Positions 9,298-20,563 of a DNA stretch of 44,619 nt are shown one piece after another. The notes under the pieces were generated by a model, which worked only from the letters and a program-made list of their open reading frames with translations, had not been told where the DNA came from and ran no database searches. How positions within the stretch are numbered: the first letter of the stretch is position 1; each line of letters starts with the position of its first letter. The DNA is from Chrysochromulina tobinii (taxonomy: Eukaryota), in NCBI GenBank assembly GCA_001275005.1, contig JWZX01002861.1, positions 1-44,619 of the forward strand, read 5' to 3'. A program made the translations under genes and the position numbers.

Positions 9298-12200
9298 ATG
9301 ATGCAACAGCGCACTCGACAAGTCGACACCGGCGGTGCGCGCGTGGAATGGGTCTCCCTCAATGATGACAGCCCTGCTGCTGGCGCTTCTGATCCGAATC
9401 TCTCGCCAACTGTGGCGGACATCATGCGCCGCACCGTCGACGAGCTTCGTGAGATCTCCCAGGCCGGATCGGCCAACGGCTCACCTACTGGCATGGGCGC
9501 CGGTGCGGCAATCGGCGACATGTCGTACGCTGCCGTGCACGATGCCCTGCAGCAAGCAGCGCGGGCCTCGCGGCTATCGAAAGAGGCACACGCTGGCCTT
9601 TCGATGTCGCCCTCGCCATCCTCGTCGTCGACGGCCGCGGCAGGCCGCAATCTTCGCCCGCCCTCGCAGCCGGGTCGCCGCCAGAACCCAAGACCAGCAA
9701 AGCCCGGCGCTGCGGCTCTTAGCGGCCGCAACACCAGCCCTGGTGCTGCCGCCGCCGAGCCACCACCGCCCACTGCTGCCACCAGCGACGACACGCCGGC
9801 GAGCGCCAGCAGCGCTGACGCCAGCCTGCTCGAGGAAATGAGCCGCAATCCCATACACGACTGGGGCCGGCGTGGCAGTGGGTCGCCTCCCGCGCTCGGT
9901 CTGACCTCCTGCGCAGCGGCGTCGCTCGGCTATCTGTCCACGGCGGCGGCAGCGGCGGCGGCCGCGAGAGCCCCCCACAGTGCCCACCATCTGAATACGG
10001 GCGGCTTCAACCCGCAGGTGAGCGTCCCAGTCGACGCGGCCGCGAGAGCCCCCCACAGTGCCAACCATCTGAATACAGGCGGCTTCAACCCGCAGGTGAG
10101 CGTCCCACTCGACGCGCTCTCCGACACGAGCACCTCTGTAGTGAGCACGCCCGCGTGCAGCAGCGGCGCGGCAGGCACGGGCACCTTTTATCGACACTGC
10201 AGCAGCAGCCGGTATGGCGGCGGCTTGATGGCCACTGGAACGGCGGGCGCGAGCAGAGCGGCGGCCGTCGGCGGGAGCGGCACATCGAGCGGGCGCGCTT
10301 CCCCAGGCGCTTCCCCAGGCGTTAGCAGCGCCTCGCCTCCGTCTCTGCGCCGCCTCGAGTCGGGCGCTCACGTCGACTATCGCGCCAACGCCGCGCGGCT
10401 CGCGCACCGTGCGCCCTCGCCGGCCGCCGCCCCCTCGTGCACGGCCTCATGCAGCGCCTCATGTAGCGCCTCGCCGCGGGGGCCTGTGCCGATCGAGAGT
10501 CGCGCACCGTGGATGGACCCTCGCTCGCGCTATAGGCCTGCGATGCCGTACCCCATGCCGCTGCCTGCGCCGATGATGCAGCCGCCACCCATGCTTCCCC
10601 TCGCTTCCGGTGGTACGCCCGCTCCCGCGCCCGTGGGCATCCTCAAGCGCCAGCCAGGCACGCCGCCGTCGGCCACTCCCCTCGTGTCGAGCAACTCGTC
10701 GCCCGATCTCCGCGATCTCCGAGATCTCGCCGGAGATTGGGAGCAAACCCTCAACACCTCGGTTCGCTTCGCGCCGCGAGGGCTCGAGCCACTTCCGCGC
10801 TCGCCACAACGCTCGCCACAACGCTCACCACAACGCTCACCACAACGCTCGCCACCGCCGGTGGTGCCGCCGCCGCCCACGCCATCTCTGGGTTTGCGCC
10901 GCTCTGAGTCGGAAGCGTTCGCAGTCGTTCGCCGCGCAGAGAGGCTCAGCCGAGAGAGAGATGAGGCTGAGCCCGACATGACGCAGGCGCTCCTCGTGGC
11001 AGACCACGGGCTCGGCTCGACGATCGACGTGGAGCGACGGAGGCAGGCGCGGGAGCGAGCTTCCAAGTCGCTCCGTCGCTGGGTCGACTACTGCACCACG
11101 CAGCTGCGCCAGTCCGCACTGCACCTGCGCTGCGACATCCATTTCCAGGCGGTCCGGATCGCGTCGCTCTGGCAACGCTGGCGGCGTGAGGTCGCCGGCG
11201 CGAAGGATCGGCAGCGCAAGGTACTCACACAGCTCAAGGTGTCACACGGCGCCGAGATGAGCGCAGAGGCGTCCGCGGTCCTTCGTCATCGGGCGCTCTT
11301 CTGGATGCTGCAGGGGCTGCTGCCCGCGTCGATGCGTGTGCGGGCGGCCGCCCTGCGCGCCTGGGAGCGCTCGGGTGCCTCGTCGGATTCGATCGGCCAT
11401 CCGCGGGGCGAAGACCTCACGCTGCAGACTCTCGCCCACCAGCTGCGCCGCAAGCTGTCTATGACCCTTGCCGACTGGCTCGGGATTGCGGTCAACATCA
11501 AGCGCCAGAAGCTACGCGGCCTCACAAGCGCACGCACGCGCAAAGCCTTTCGGCTGCTCTCGCCACGGTACACAGCCTTCATTGCGTGGCAGTCCTTTGC
11601 CGCCATGATGCGCGCGTTCCGCTCCCGCCTCGGCGCCGGCGTGGGCAGCTTTGAGCGGCATGCACTCTTGTTCGCGTTCAGCACGTGGGCCGAGCGTGTC
11701 GCGGACGGGTACGCTACGCACTGCACGTACGTCGACGCCGCGGCGCGGCTGCTCAACCTCTCGACGCGTGGCGCGTGGAGCGCGTGGCTCGAAGCGCTCG
11801 AGGCGGCGCGTCAGACGCGCGTGATGGAGAAGATGACGAGGCTCGCTTTCCTCTTCGAGATTGGCCGTGGCTGGCGCTCCTGGATGGAGACTGCCACCGC
11901 CTACGCGGCCGCGTTCGCCGCGGCACGCCAATCGCTGCGCGTGTGGACGCACGGCGCGCTACTGCTGTGCTGGCAGCGCTGGGACGGCGTCGTCAAGGCC
12001 GCCGAGACGCCACGCCAGGCGCTCCGTTGCTGGCTGAACGCGTCGCTCCTTCGGGCGTTGCACGCTTGGATCGCCGAGGCGCGTATGGTGCGCACCGTAG
12101 ATGGCCCCGCACGCGCGGCACTGCTGTGCGCGCTCCATCGCGGTGTGGGCGCCGGCTTCCGCACGTGGGCGCAGCAGAGCGCACGCCACGTGGCCACGCG

Positions 12201-15200
12201 TCGGGCCGTGCACATGATGCTCGACGGGCACCGGCTGACCGCCCTGCAGCGGCTTCGCGAGTACACCCAGGCGCGCATGGAGACGGAGCTCGGGCTCATT
12301 TCACGCACGCAGGGCGTCGTGCGCCTGCGCCTGCGCCTCGCTCTGAGCCAGTGGGTCGCGATGCACGCGCTCGTGCTCGAGGCTCTCATGCTGCGTCGCG
12401 CCTTCGGCCAGTTTGTGCAGATGGCGCTGGCGACGGCGTGGCGCACGTGGGCAGAGGCGTGGGAGAGACGCGTCGAGCGCCTCGAGATGCTCAGCCACGC
12501 GGCCGGCCGTCTGCGCATGCAAGAGGTGGCGCGAGGATGGCTCCAGTGGCTCGAGGTGGCGATCTTGCGACGCGAATCGATCGCGGTCATGTCCCAGGCC
12601 GCGCGCCGGCTCGCCAACTTCGAGTTAGTTCGCGCTTGGAATGAGCTCGTGGACTTTTCGGTGGTGAGCCGCGAGGTCAAACGCAAGCTCGCGGCGGCTA
12701 TCACGCGCATGCGTACGCTCGAGCTGGGCAATGCGTGGAACGAGATGAAGGAGGTGCTCGGCGTGCAGAGGCAGCAAAAGGCCGACCGTCGGCGTGTGCT
12801 CGGTGCGTTTGCCCATCTGCAGCTGCGCCGGGCATGGAACTCGCTCACGGAGACCACAACGGCGCTCAAGGCGAGCGCCGAGTCGATGCGCCGCGTCACG
12901 TGCGTGCTGCTCCATCGCGACCTCTCGCGTGGATGGGCAACTCTGGTCGCAGTGCTCAAGGCGAACAAGGCGAGCGTCGACTCGATGCGCCACGTCATCC
13001 AGGTCCTGCTTGCGAAAGACCTGTACAGGGCCTGGTCCACGCTCGTCGCAGTGCTCGAGGCGGAGCGTAAGAATTTGGCGGCCCTGCGCACGGTGGTGAT
13101 GGCACTGCGCCACCGTGGCATCTTCCGCTCGTTCCACAGCCTCGCGAGCCACGCCAGCGCGTCCATCGCGCGCCACGACAACGCGCGCATGCTGTTGCAC
13201 CGCCTCGTACACGCCAAGGTGCTCCACTCTGATTGTCGCTGATGGCCACTGATTGCCTCGTCCACGCCAAGGTGTTCCAGGCCTTCACAATGAGTGCCAC
13301 TGAGTGCCACTGATTGCCGCTGAGCTGCGACCTTCGTGACGCTCTTCACACCTTCGTGACGCTCTTCACACCTTCGTGACGCTCTTCACACCTTCGTGAC
13401 GCTCTTCACAGGTGCTCCAGGCCTTCACATCGTGGGCGGGCGGCTCGAAGCAGAGCTTGCACGCCGCGAGCTGCGGTCGGAACGCGCTGCAGCGGCTGCT
13501 TTCACAGCAACTGCTCGGTGGTTGGACGCTGTGGAAGGTGAACGTGACGATGCGCGCACGCGCGCTCGCCCTAGTGCGCCGCGTGCTCAACCGCGGCCTA
13601 TGGCATGCATTCACCCGCTGGCACGAAACCGCCTCCAGGCTGGTGGAGACGCTCGGGGCGCTCGAGCTCGTGGTGCGCAAGCTGCGCCACGTCGACCTCT
13701 CCCGCGGCTGGCTCACGTTCACCAGCTTTGCTCGTGAGCATGCGGCCGCCATCGACGCCGTCCGGCATGCCTTCCGTACCATGTTCTGCCTGCGGACTTC
13801 GAAAGCCCTCCGTCACTGGGCAAGCGTCGTGGAGCGCGCGCACCAGCGCCAGGCCATCAAGGACGCCTTGCTACGAATCGGAGGCGTGAAGCTCTGCATT
13901 GGGTGGCGCTGCTGGCGCCTGGCCCTCATGGTGCACCGCCGCCTCTTTTCCGCCTTCGATCGGTGGGCCGGGCGCTTGGAGGGGCACGCGGAGCGCTCAG
14001 CACGGCGCCAGCAGCTGCGCGAGAAGGCCTTCCAACGGCTGCGCTCGATCGAGCTCTCGAAAGCGTGGGAGACGTGGTACACGTATGTCGACGCGCACCT
14101 TTGGGCCATGGACCGCGCACTCACCGTGCTCAAGAAGCTCCAGAACCAGGGCCTCGCGCGTGGCTGGCAGTCATGGTGTACGTATGCGGACCAGCGTGCG
14201 CGCGCTATCGGCCTCATCAGCCGTATCGTGCATGGCCAAAAGGGGGCCGCGTGGCGCACGTGGGCCGATTGGTGGGAGACGCGCGTCGAGCGCCTCGAGA
14301 TGCTCAGCCATGCGGTCGGCCGTCTGCGCATGCAAGAGGTGGCCGCGGCGTGGAACACGTGGCGCAAGGGCGCGAGTGCCCAGCGCGACGCGCGCACGGT
14401 GGCACGTCGCGTGCTCGCGCGCTTGTCGAAGCTGAGCCTCGCCAAGGGCTGGACGACCTACTGCGCCTACGTGGAGGGGGTGGTGCTGCGGCTGTGCGCC
14501 ATGGAGGCGGTGTTGCGCCGCCTGCGCAACCAGCATAGCTCGCGCGCGCTGCTCGCGTGGCGCGCGAATGCCAAGGAGCTCGGGGGCGCTCGCGCGACGG
14601 CGCGAGGGGCCCTCAACCGGTGGCTCCAGAAGCACATGTACCGGGGCCTCCTCGCGTGGCGCTCGTCGTGCGTGCGCGTGCGCTACAACAAGCTCGCCTT
14701 CCGCCGCTGGGTGCGCCACACGCGTGTGCGCGCCTCGGAGCTCGCGGCCGGGCTGAGCGTCTTCGAGAAGAGCGTGCGCCGGCTGCGCATGTGGCACGTG
14801 GCCAAGGGATGGTCGAGATTCGTCGAGATCGTCACGCTTCAGTTGAGGCTCGTTCGCGCGCTCAAGCGTCTGCGCAACGTAGAGCTCGCGCGCTGTGTCG
14901 GCACTTGGCGCTACAATGCTCTTGACAACGTCGAGCAGGCCTCTGCGTATGAGCTCGCGTTTCGTCGGTTACGTCACCTCGAGCTCTCCAAGGGGTTCGT
15001 CAGCTGGGCCACCTACGCCGAGGCCGCCTCGGTGCAGTACCAGCTGCTGCAGGACTCGGTGCACCAGATGCGCGCGGCCCTCTTTGGCGGCGTCGTGGCG
15101 AAATGGCGCGAGCTGGCCGCGACGAGGAAGACGCTTCGACTGATGGCGAAGCGCTTCGACGCGTCGTATCGGCTCAAGGCGTTCGCGTGGGGCGCGTGGC

Positions 15201-17434
15201 TCGAGGTGGTGGACGCGCGTCACGAGGCGCGCGAACGGATGGTCGGCGTGCTCAACAGCCTGGCCATGGTGAAGGTGGGTGCGGCGCTGCGCACGTGGTC
15301 GGCCAACTGCGAGGAGCGTCAGCGGGCGCTCGACGCGCTGCGCACGTCCGCGATGCGCCTGTTCCATCACAAGATGAGCCGCGCGTTCCAGGGGTGGATG
15401 GAGCTCCTCGGCGCGCGTGTGGCGCTCAAGATGGCGGCGCGCGGCTTCACGCACGGCAAGCTGCTCAAGGCCTGGCACCAGTGGACCGAGATCAGCCAGA
15501 TGCTCCGATGGGTGACGTCGATCCTCAACCATCTCTTCTTCTTTGGCGTGAGCAAGGCCCTCCGACAGTGGAACCACTATCTCGAGCAGCGGCGCAATAA
15601 GCTGCGCCGGATGCGAGCCGCGTGGGACCACGCGGCGGTCGCTGCCCTCGAGCATTGGCACCGCCACACCAACTCGATGAAGATAGCACGCCGAGTCGGG
15701 CAACGGATGCTCTCCCGGACGACCGCGCGAGCGCTGCGCACCTGGCGCGAGTTTGCCGGCCTGCGCAACGCGGCGCGTGCGATCGTCTCTCGCGTCCGAT
15801 GCAACGTCGCCTTGCGCGCGCTGCGCACCTGGCGCGACTTTGCCGACGAGTGCGATGCGGCGTACGTGACCCTGTCGCGAGTCTTCAGCCACGTGATCGT
15901 GCGTGCCCTGCGCACGTGGCGCGAGTTCGTGGCCGAGCGCGAGGAGTACCGTGTGGCGATGGCGCGTATGCTTGGCCACGTCGCCTTCTGCGCGCTACGC
16001 ACCTGGAAAGACTTTGCTTCCGAACGCGCCGAGGCCCTGCGTCGCGTCACTCGGGCTCTGGGCGCGTTCATGGGGAAGATCACGTTCAAAGCGTACGGCG
16101 CGTGGCGTGCGGCCGTGCTTCAAGCGAAGGAGGAGCGAGCAGCCGAGAGGGTGCGCCAGGCAGAGATGGCGCGTGCCCTGGCGCAGGCCGCGCTTGAAAA
16201 GGAGCGCGAGGAGGCGTTGAGAGCGTTCGAAGAGGCAGAGCGGGAGCGGCAACGCGTGCTCAAGGAGAAGATGGACGAGGCGGCGGAAGCGCGGCGCAAG
16301 GCGCACGAGGAGGCCGTCGCCGCCACGCAAGCGGCGATGCCTTCGTCGGAGTTCGGCTCGGCCTCATCACGTCTCGTTTCCTTTGGAGAAGGGACGTCGA
16401 ATCGCGTTGTGATTCTATCCGCGCGCCCGCGCACCGTCATGGCGCGCTATGGCAAGGACCTTGGCGATGCAGACGCCGCCGTCGACTTCGCCTTTGCGCG
16501 CACCGGCGGCAGCCGGCCTCTCCGCGGCATCACCATCCCCCGGCCGCGCGGCCGCGCCGTCTCGCCACCGCAGCACGCGTGGAACTCGCACGGTGCCGAG
16601 CTCGCGCAGGACGAGATCAACCGGAGGCGCGTGTGGGCGCAGACGGCGGCGGTCGAGCGCCACGTGGCCGCGCTGCGCTCGGGCGAGCTGCCCTATGATC
16701 CTGATTTGGTACGCCCGATGCCGTTTGGCTCGGGACGGCACTCGGCGGCGCGCGAGGAGGCTCGATTCTACTCCACCTCCGGACGCTCGGTCGCCAGCGA
16801 GCGCGAGGCCGCTCTGCAGCAGCAGATGGATGATTACTTTGCATCGGGCTCACGGCGCGCCTCGGCGCCGTCGCGCTCGACACGGCGCGCCTTTTCGTTC
16901 GAGACGGCGGCCTCACGGCGGCGATCCGCTCTCAAGGCCTCCACCACGGCATATGAGCATGCCTTCCCCGTGGCCGAGGTGGAACAGCCCGAGCAGCCTG
17001 TCGGCTTCGTCAGGGAGCGGGAGATGATCCCACTCCGAGCGGTTGAACAACCCATGTTCACACCGTCGAACTCGTATACGTCGCCGCCGGCGGACACGGT
17101 CGCCGACTACGGACACGCCATCATCTTCCACGTGCCGCGTCCGGCGGATCCCAAAGCCGCCACCGCCACTGGCGCCACCGCCCCCACCGCCACCACGCCG
17201 GCACCGCCACGCCCGACGCCCGCAGCGCCCGCGTCGGCCTCCACCGCGCCCGTGTCCGCGTCGATGTCCGCGTCACTCTCCACACCGCGCCAACCGCCAC
17301 GGACGATTGCGCTGCCGGGCGGCGGGCACGTGGACATCCATGAGTCGGCGGATGGCGCGATCCAGCTCTCGGTGCGCTCGTCGCCCCCGAGCTTAGAGGC
17401 GACGAGTTCTCGGCGGGCCGCGTTTAATCTTTGA
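9298..17434 (+). CDS. Giant Sfi1-like Trp-repeat protein (~2650 aa; putative centrin-binding); exons 9298-13218 and 13412-17434
   Basis: Two long ORFs joined in phase 0 by intron 13219-13411. Dozens of L..A(W/F)..W repeats (AWRTW, ALRTW, RGWQSW) lie between low-complexity termini. The Sfi1 assignment is from the pattern only. Confidence 0.75.
9958..10116 (+). repeat. 78-nt tandem duplication (2 copies, 3 mismatches) within the coding region
   Basis: AARAPHSA(H/N)HLNTGGFNPQVSVP(V/L)DA occurs twice; units start at 9958 and 10036. Confidence 0.95.
10798..10855 (+). repeat. 12-nt coding tandem repeat (RSPQ x4)
   Basis: cgctc(g/a)ccacaa repeated. Confidence 0.9.
13219..13411 (+). other. GT-AG intron (193 nt) of the Sfi1-like gene
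   Basis: AAG|GTGCTC...TTCACAG|GTGCTC; it contains in-frame stops, and splicing gives HAK-VLQAFTSW. Confidence 0.9.
13331..13410 (+). repeat. Perfect 20-nt tandem repeat x4 (ccttcgtgacgctcttcaca) forming the intron 3' end
   Basis: Read directly from the sequence. Confidence 0.97.
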
Positions 17435-17992
17435 GGCAAAGGCAAGGGGAAAGGAAGGGCACGGGCGGTGCGAAGATGTGCATGTCGAATGTGCATGTTG
17501 TTACAAACGTGGTGCTCGCATGGATGCTGACGTGCCGGCTGCATGTCGCTGTCGGCTCCTTTTATTGAGCCTGTATACTCTTTTGTGTCCCCTGATCGCG
17601 TACTTGTGTGTTGCCCGGACGGGAAGCAGAGGCCGGGCCGGAGCCGCCCTCGCCTCCGGCTCCGCTGAGACGAGAGACGCGGAGAGTAGACGGAGCGTGG
17701 CGCGCGGCGCGGTTTGCGGAGCCGGGGCGCGCGGCGCGGAGCGTCCGCCGACGGCGACGCGTCCCGGCCGCAATGCGCAAACGACGTCGAATGCACGACT
17801 TCCTGACGTGAGGTAGGAACTGTCATCAGGGTGAAACTGAATAATGGATTTTTGTTAGATCTTCTCCTGCCACCTTGAGCTCCATGCTGCTCAGAGCAGC
17901 GCGCAACCAGGCGCGCCTCCAGGCCTTTCTCTGCGCTTCGCCGTGCTCTGGCCCTTCGCGCTTCGGCAGTGTTGACCGGACTTACGCCCGGC

Positions 17993-18637
17993 TTAGAGAG
18001 GCGTGCTGCGCCTCGGCGCCTGCGTTTTGAGCAGAGGGGGCAATTTGGGCAACGGATAGTAGTGGTCGGGCTTGCGGAAGCCCGAGCGGCTCTGCTCGCT
18101 CCAGCTTGGCTTCAGCTGCGGCGGCAGCTTGAGCAGCTCGACACGGAGGCTCCGGCAGCCCGCGCAGTCCATCTTGATGAGCTTGATGAGCGGCGTGAGA
18201 TCAGGTACGGTCGCGAGCTTGGCACACCAGCTTACGTCCAGAAACTCAAGCGCGAGCAGCGACGAAACACTCGGCGGCAGCGCTTCAAGATTCTCGCACA
18301 TGTTGAGATTGAGGCAGCGAAGCATAGTGAGCGGGAAGAGGTCGGGCAGCGCGATAAGTTGCGTGCTATAGATTAGGCTCAGCTCGACAATGGTTGGGGG
18401 GGCGCTCGCAATCACTTCATGCAAATTTGGTTGCGTCGCCATATCGATTTCTGGCAGGTAGAGCACGATGCGCATCGGTCGCAGCGATTCCGGGGTTGCC
18501 CCAATCGCCTTGATCTCGAGCAGCTTGTTTTCAAAGGCCTTTTTAACTCCGGTCGCCATCACCCCCTGGAGCTCCTCCTCCGGCTTCGGCGGCGGAGGTG
18601 GCGGAGGTGGCTCGGGCGGAGGTGCCTTGGGCGCCAT
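17993..18637 (-). CDS. Small leucine-rich repeat protein with a Pro-rich N-terminus
   Basis: MAPKAPPPEPPPP start; LRRs LxxLxLxxCxxLxxLP (LRCLNLNMCENLEALP, LEFLDVSWCAKLATVP). The 3' end may be spliced. Confidence 0.75.
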   Translation of the reverse strand: MAPKAPPPEPPPPPPPPKPEEELQGVMATGVKKAFENKLLEIKAIGATPESLRPMRIVLYLPEIDMATQPNLHEVIASAPPTIVELSLIYSTQLIALPDLFPLTMLRCLNLNMCENLEALPPSVSSLLALEFLDVSWCAKLATVPDLTPLIKLIKMDCAGCRSLRVELLKLPPQLKPSWSEQSRSGFRKPDHYYPLPKLPPLLKTQAPRRSTPL

Positions 18638-18998
18638 CGAAGGCTCCGCACCGTCCACGGTCGAGAAGAGACGAAGAGGGGTTTGGGAGGGTTGTAACCG
18701 CCGCCTATGAATTTCATAGATGGCGTCGTGCTTTCGCGGACACACCGCGCGCGCTCTCAATTCCGTCTCAAAGGACGGCTCCGCTACCTCCGGTCAACAC
18801 AAGTACTCAGTACTCGCATTCGTGGGCTACAATTGCTAGTGAGGTGAGAGGTCGTGCTCTCCCAGCACGGAGGCAGCAGGGTGATCCCTCCCTCCCCGCT
18901 CGGCGATCGCTGCCCGATGCTGCGGGGCGGATTCCTGCCCTTTTCCCCCACCCGGTCTGCTCAGCTCGGCTCGACCGCGCTGGCCGGTGCTTGCCGGC

Positions 18999-20435
18999 TC
19001 ACTTGACCTCGCACATTTGCAGCCGGCGCCGCGGCGCCTCCGCCTTCGCGGTGGCGGCGAGCGCTTTGTCGATGGACAAGCGTGCCGCCGCGACGAGCGC
19101 CTCGGCGGCCGTGATGAGGGCGCCCGCCTCCCCATTGGGCGCGCACTCTCCATTGGCGGCGGCGGCGGCGGAGGAGGAGGAGGAGGGGGAGGAGGAGGGG
19201 GGCACGACACGAGCACTCACCGCACATTCATCCACGTAAGTAGCCTCCGCCGGCGAGCGCACCGTGCCCACCTGGAGCCCATAGAAACGAGAGGCGGCCT
19301 GGTGCATCATGCGAAGGGTTGGGTTGGCAGTCGGCGGCAGCTCGCACACGGGCACGCCCGCCACCGCGCGCTGCACCGCGCTCATCATTGGCGGCGGCGC
19401 CGCGCCCTTCGTACGATGCCGCACTGCGGTGGCGGCAGCGCGGCGTCTGCGCGGCTTCGAGCGGCCGCGTTGGGGAGGCACATCGGTGAGCCCGGCGGCT
19501 GTACCCTCCGAGGCAGCGCCGCCCATAACCACCTGCCAACGGCTTCCAGCGACCGCCGCCGTGTCGACCATCTGCCATCCATCTTCGTCGGCTGCCTCGG
19601 TGCTGCTGTCGCTCTCATCGTCGCCGGGCGCCATGCTGGGCGCCAGCGCGAGGTCCAGCGCCATGCTGGGCGCGTGCGCCGCAGCAGGCGAAGCCACCGT
19701 GGGCAGCGCCATGCTGGGCGCGTGCGCCGCAGCAGGCGAAGCCACCGTGGGCAGCGCCATGCTGGGCGCGTGCGCCGCAGCAGGCGAAGCCACCGTGGGC
19801 AGCGCGGGCGGCAGCGCGGCAGAGGATGTGGCGGGCGGTAGAGCGCCGGCCGACTGGAGGATCACCCTGGCGGCCGTGCGCAAGTGCTGCCGCAGCCGTC
19901 GCTCCGCCTCCTGCAGCTCGATGGTCTCGGCGAACTCTATCAATACCGCCCGGTCAACTCGGCTCAGCCGTGTCAGCCGTGTGACGGCCGCCGACGTTGA
20001 GGAGGTGATGGCAACGGCGGTTGGGCGCGAGCGCGGCGGCGTCGAGTGGCGTGCGGCCTCGATTGCCGCCTCGGCCTCCGCGAATCCGTTCTGGTTGATG
20101 ATTCCGAACCGTGCGCCGGGCTGGAAATAGGGTCGCTCGGCGCCCTGGTCCTCGTCGCTATCGGGGTGGGGCATTGCGACGACGCTCTCCCAGAAATTAT
20201 CACGTGCCCACCGCCGGAGGCGCCGCCCTCCCATACGATGGGCAAGGCGCGGGAGGTCGCTCTCCTCCTCGACCTCCTTGCGGCGTGAGCGCACCGGAAG
20301 ATGCGATGCGAAGACCGTTCGTCCAGGGGATACGTGCCGGCCCGGAGAGGCCTGGCGTCCCGGAGAGACATACCGGCCCGGTGACGTGCGAGCCGGCGCG
20401 ATCGCGGGCGAAAAGGCGACGTTGAACGACTGCAT
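18999..20435 (-). CDS. R3H-associated / R3HDM4-like putative nucleic-acid-binding protein
   Basis: GGRRLRRWARDNFW resembles the R3H-assoc motif and LRMMHQAASRFYGL resembles a degenerate R3H core; recognised by eye. Confidence 0.55.
   Translation of the reverse strand: MQSFNVAFSPAIAPARTSPGRYVSPGRQASPGRHVSPGRTVFASHLPVRSRRKEVEEESDLPRLAHRMGGRRLRRWARDNFWESVVAMPHPDSDEDQGAERPYFQPGARFGIINQNGFAEAEAAIEAARHSTPPRSRPTAVAITSSTSAAVTRLTRLSRVDRAVLIEFAETIELQEAERRLRQHLRTAARVILQSAGALPPATSSAALPPALPTVASPAAAHAPSMALPTVASPAAAHAPSMALPTVASPAAAHAPSMALDLALAPSMAPGDDESDSSTEAADEDGWQMVDTAAVAGSRWQVVMGGAASEGTAAGLTDVPPQRGRSKPRRRRAAATAVRHRTKGAAPPPMMSAVQRAVAGVPVCELPPTANPTLRMMHQAASRFYGLQVGTVRSPAEATYVDECAVSARVVPPSSSPSSSSSAAAAANGECAPNGEAGALITAAEALVAAARLSIDKALAATAKAEAPRRRLQMCEVK
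19656..19805 (-). repeat. Perfect 48-nt coding tandem repeat x3 (ALPTVASPAAAHAPSM)
   Basis: Units start at 19656, 19704 and 19752. Confidence 0.95.
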
Positions 20436-20563
20436 TGGCCGCGGCAAAAGGCCTTGACGAGCGGAGAAATATCACCTCCTTCCGCCTTTGGGAAGGTGTG
20501 AACGGACTGTGTTTTGGGGTGGGGAGAAAAACCAAATCTGATTCCAAGGGAATCCGAACGCCC

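Noticed and set aside
13331..13410. 20-nt repeats as a CRISPR array
   Set aside because: There are no spacers and no cas genes; this is an intronic tandem repeat in a eukaryote.
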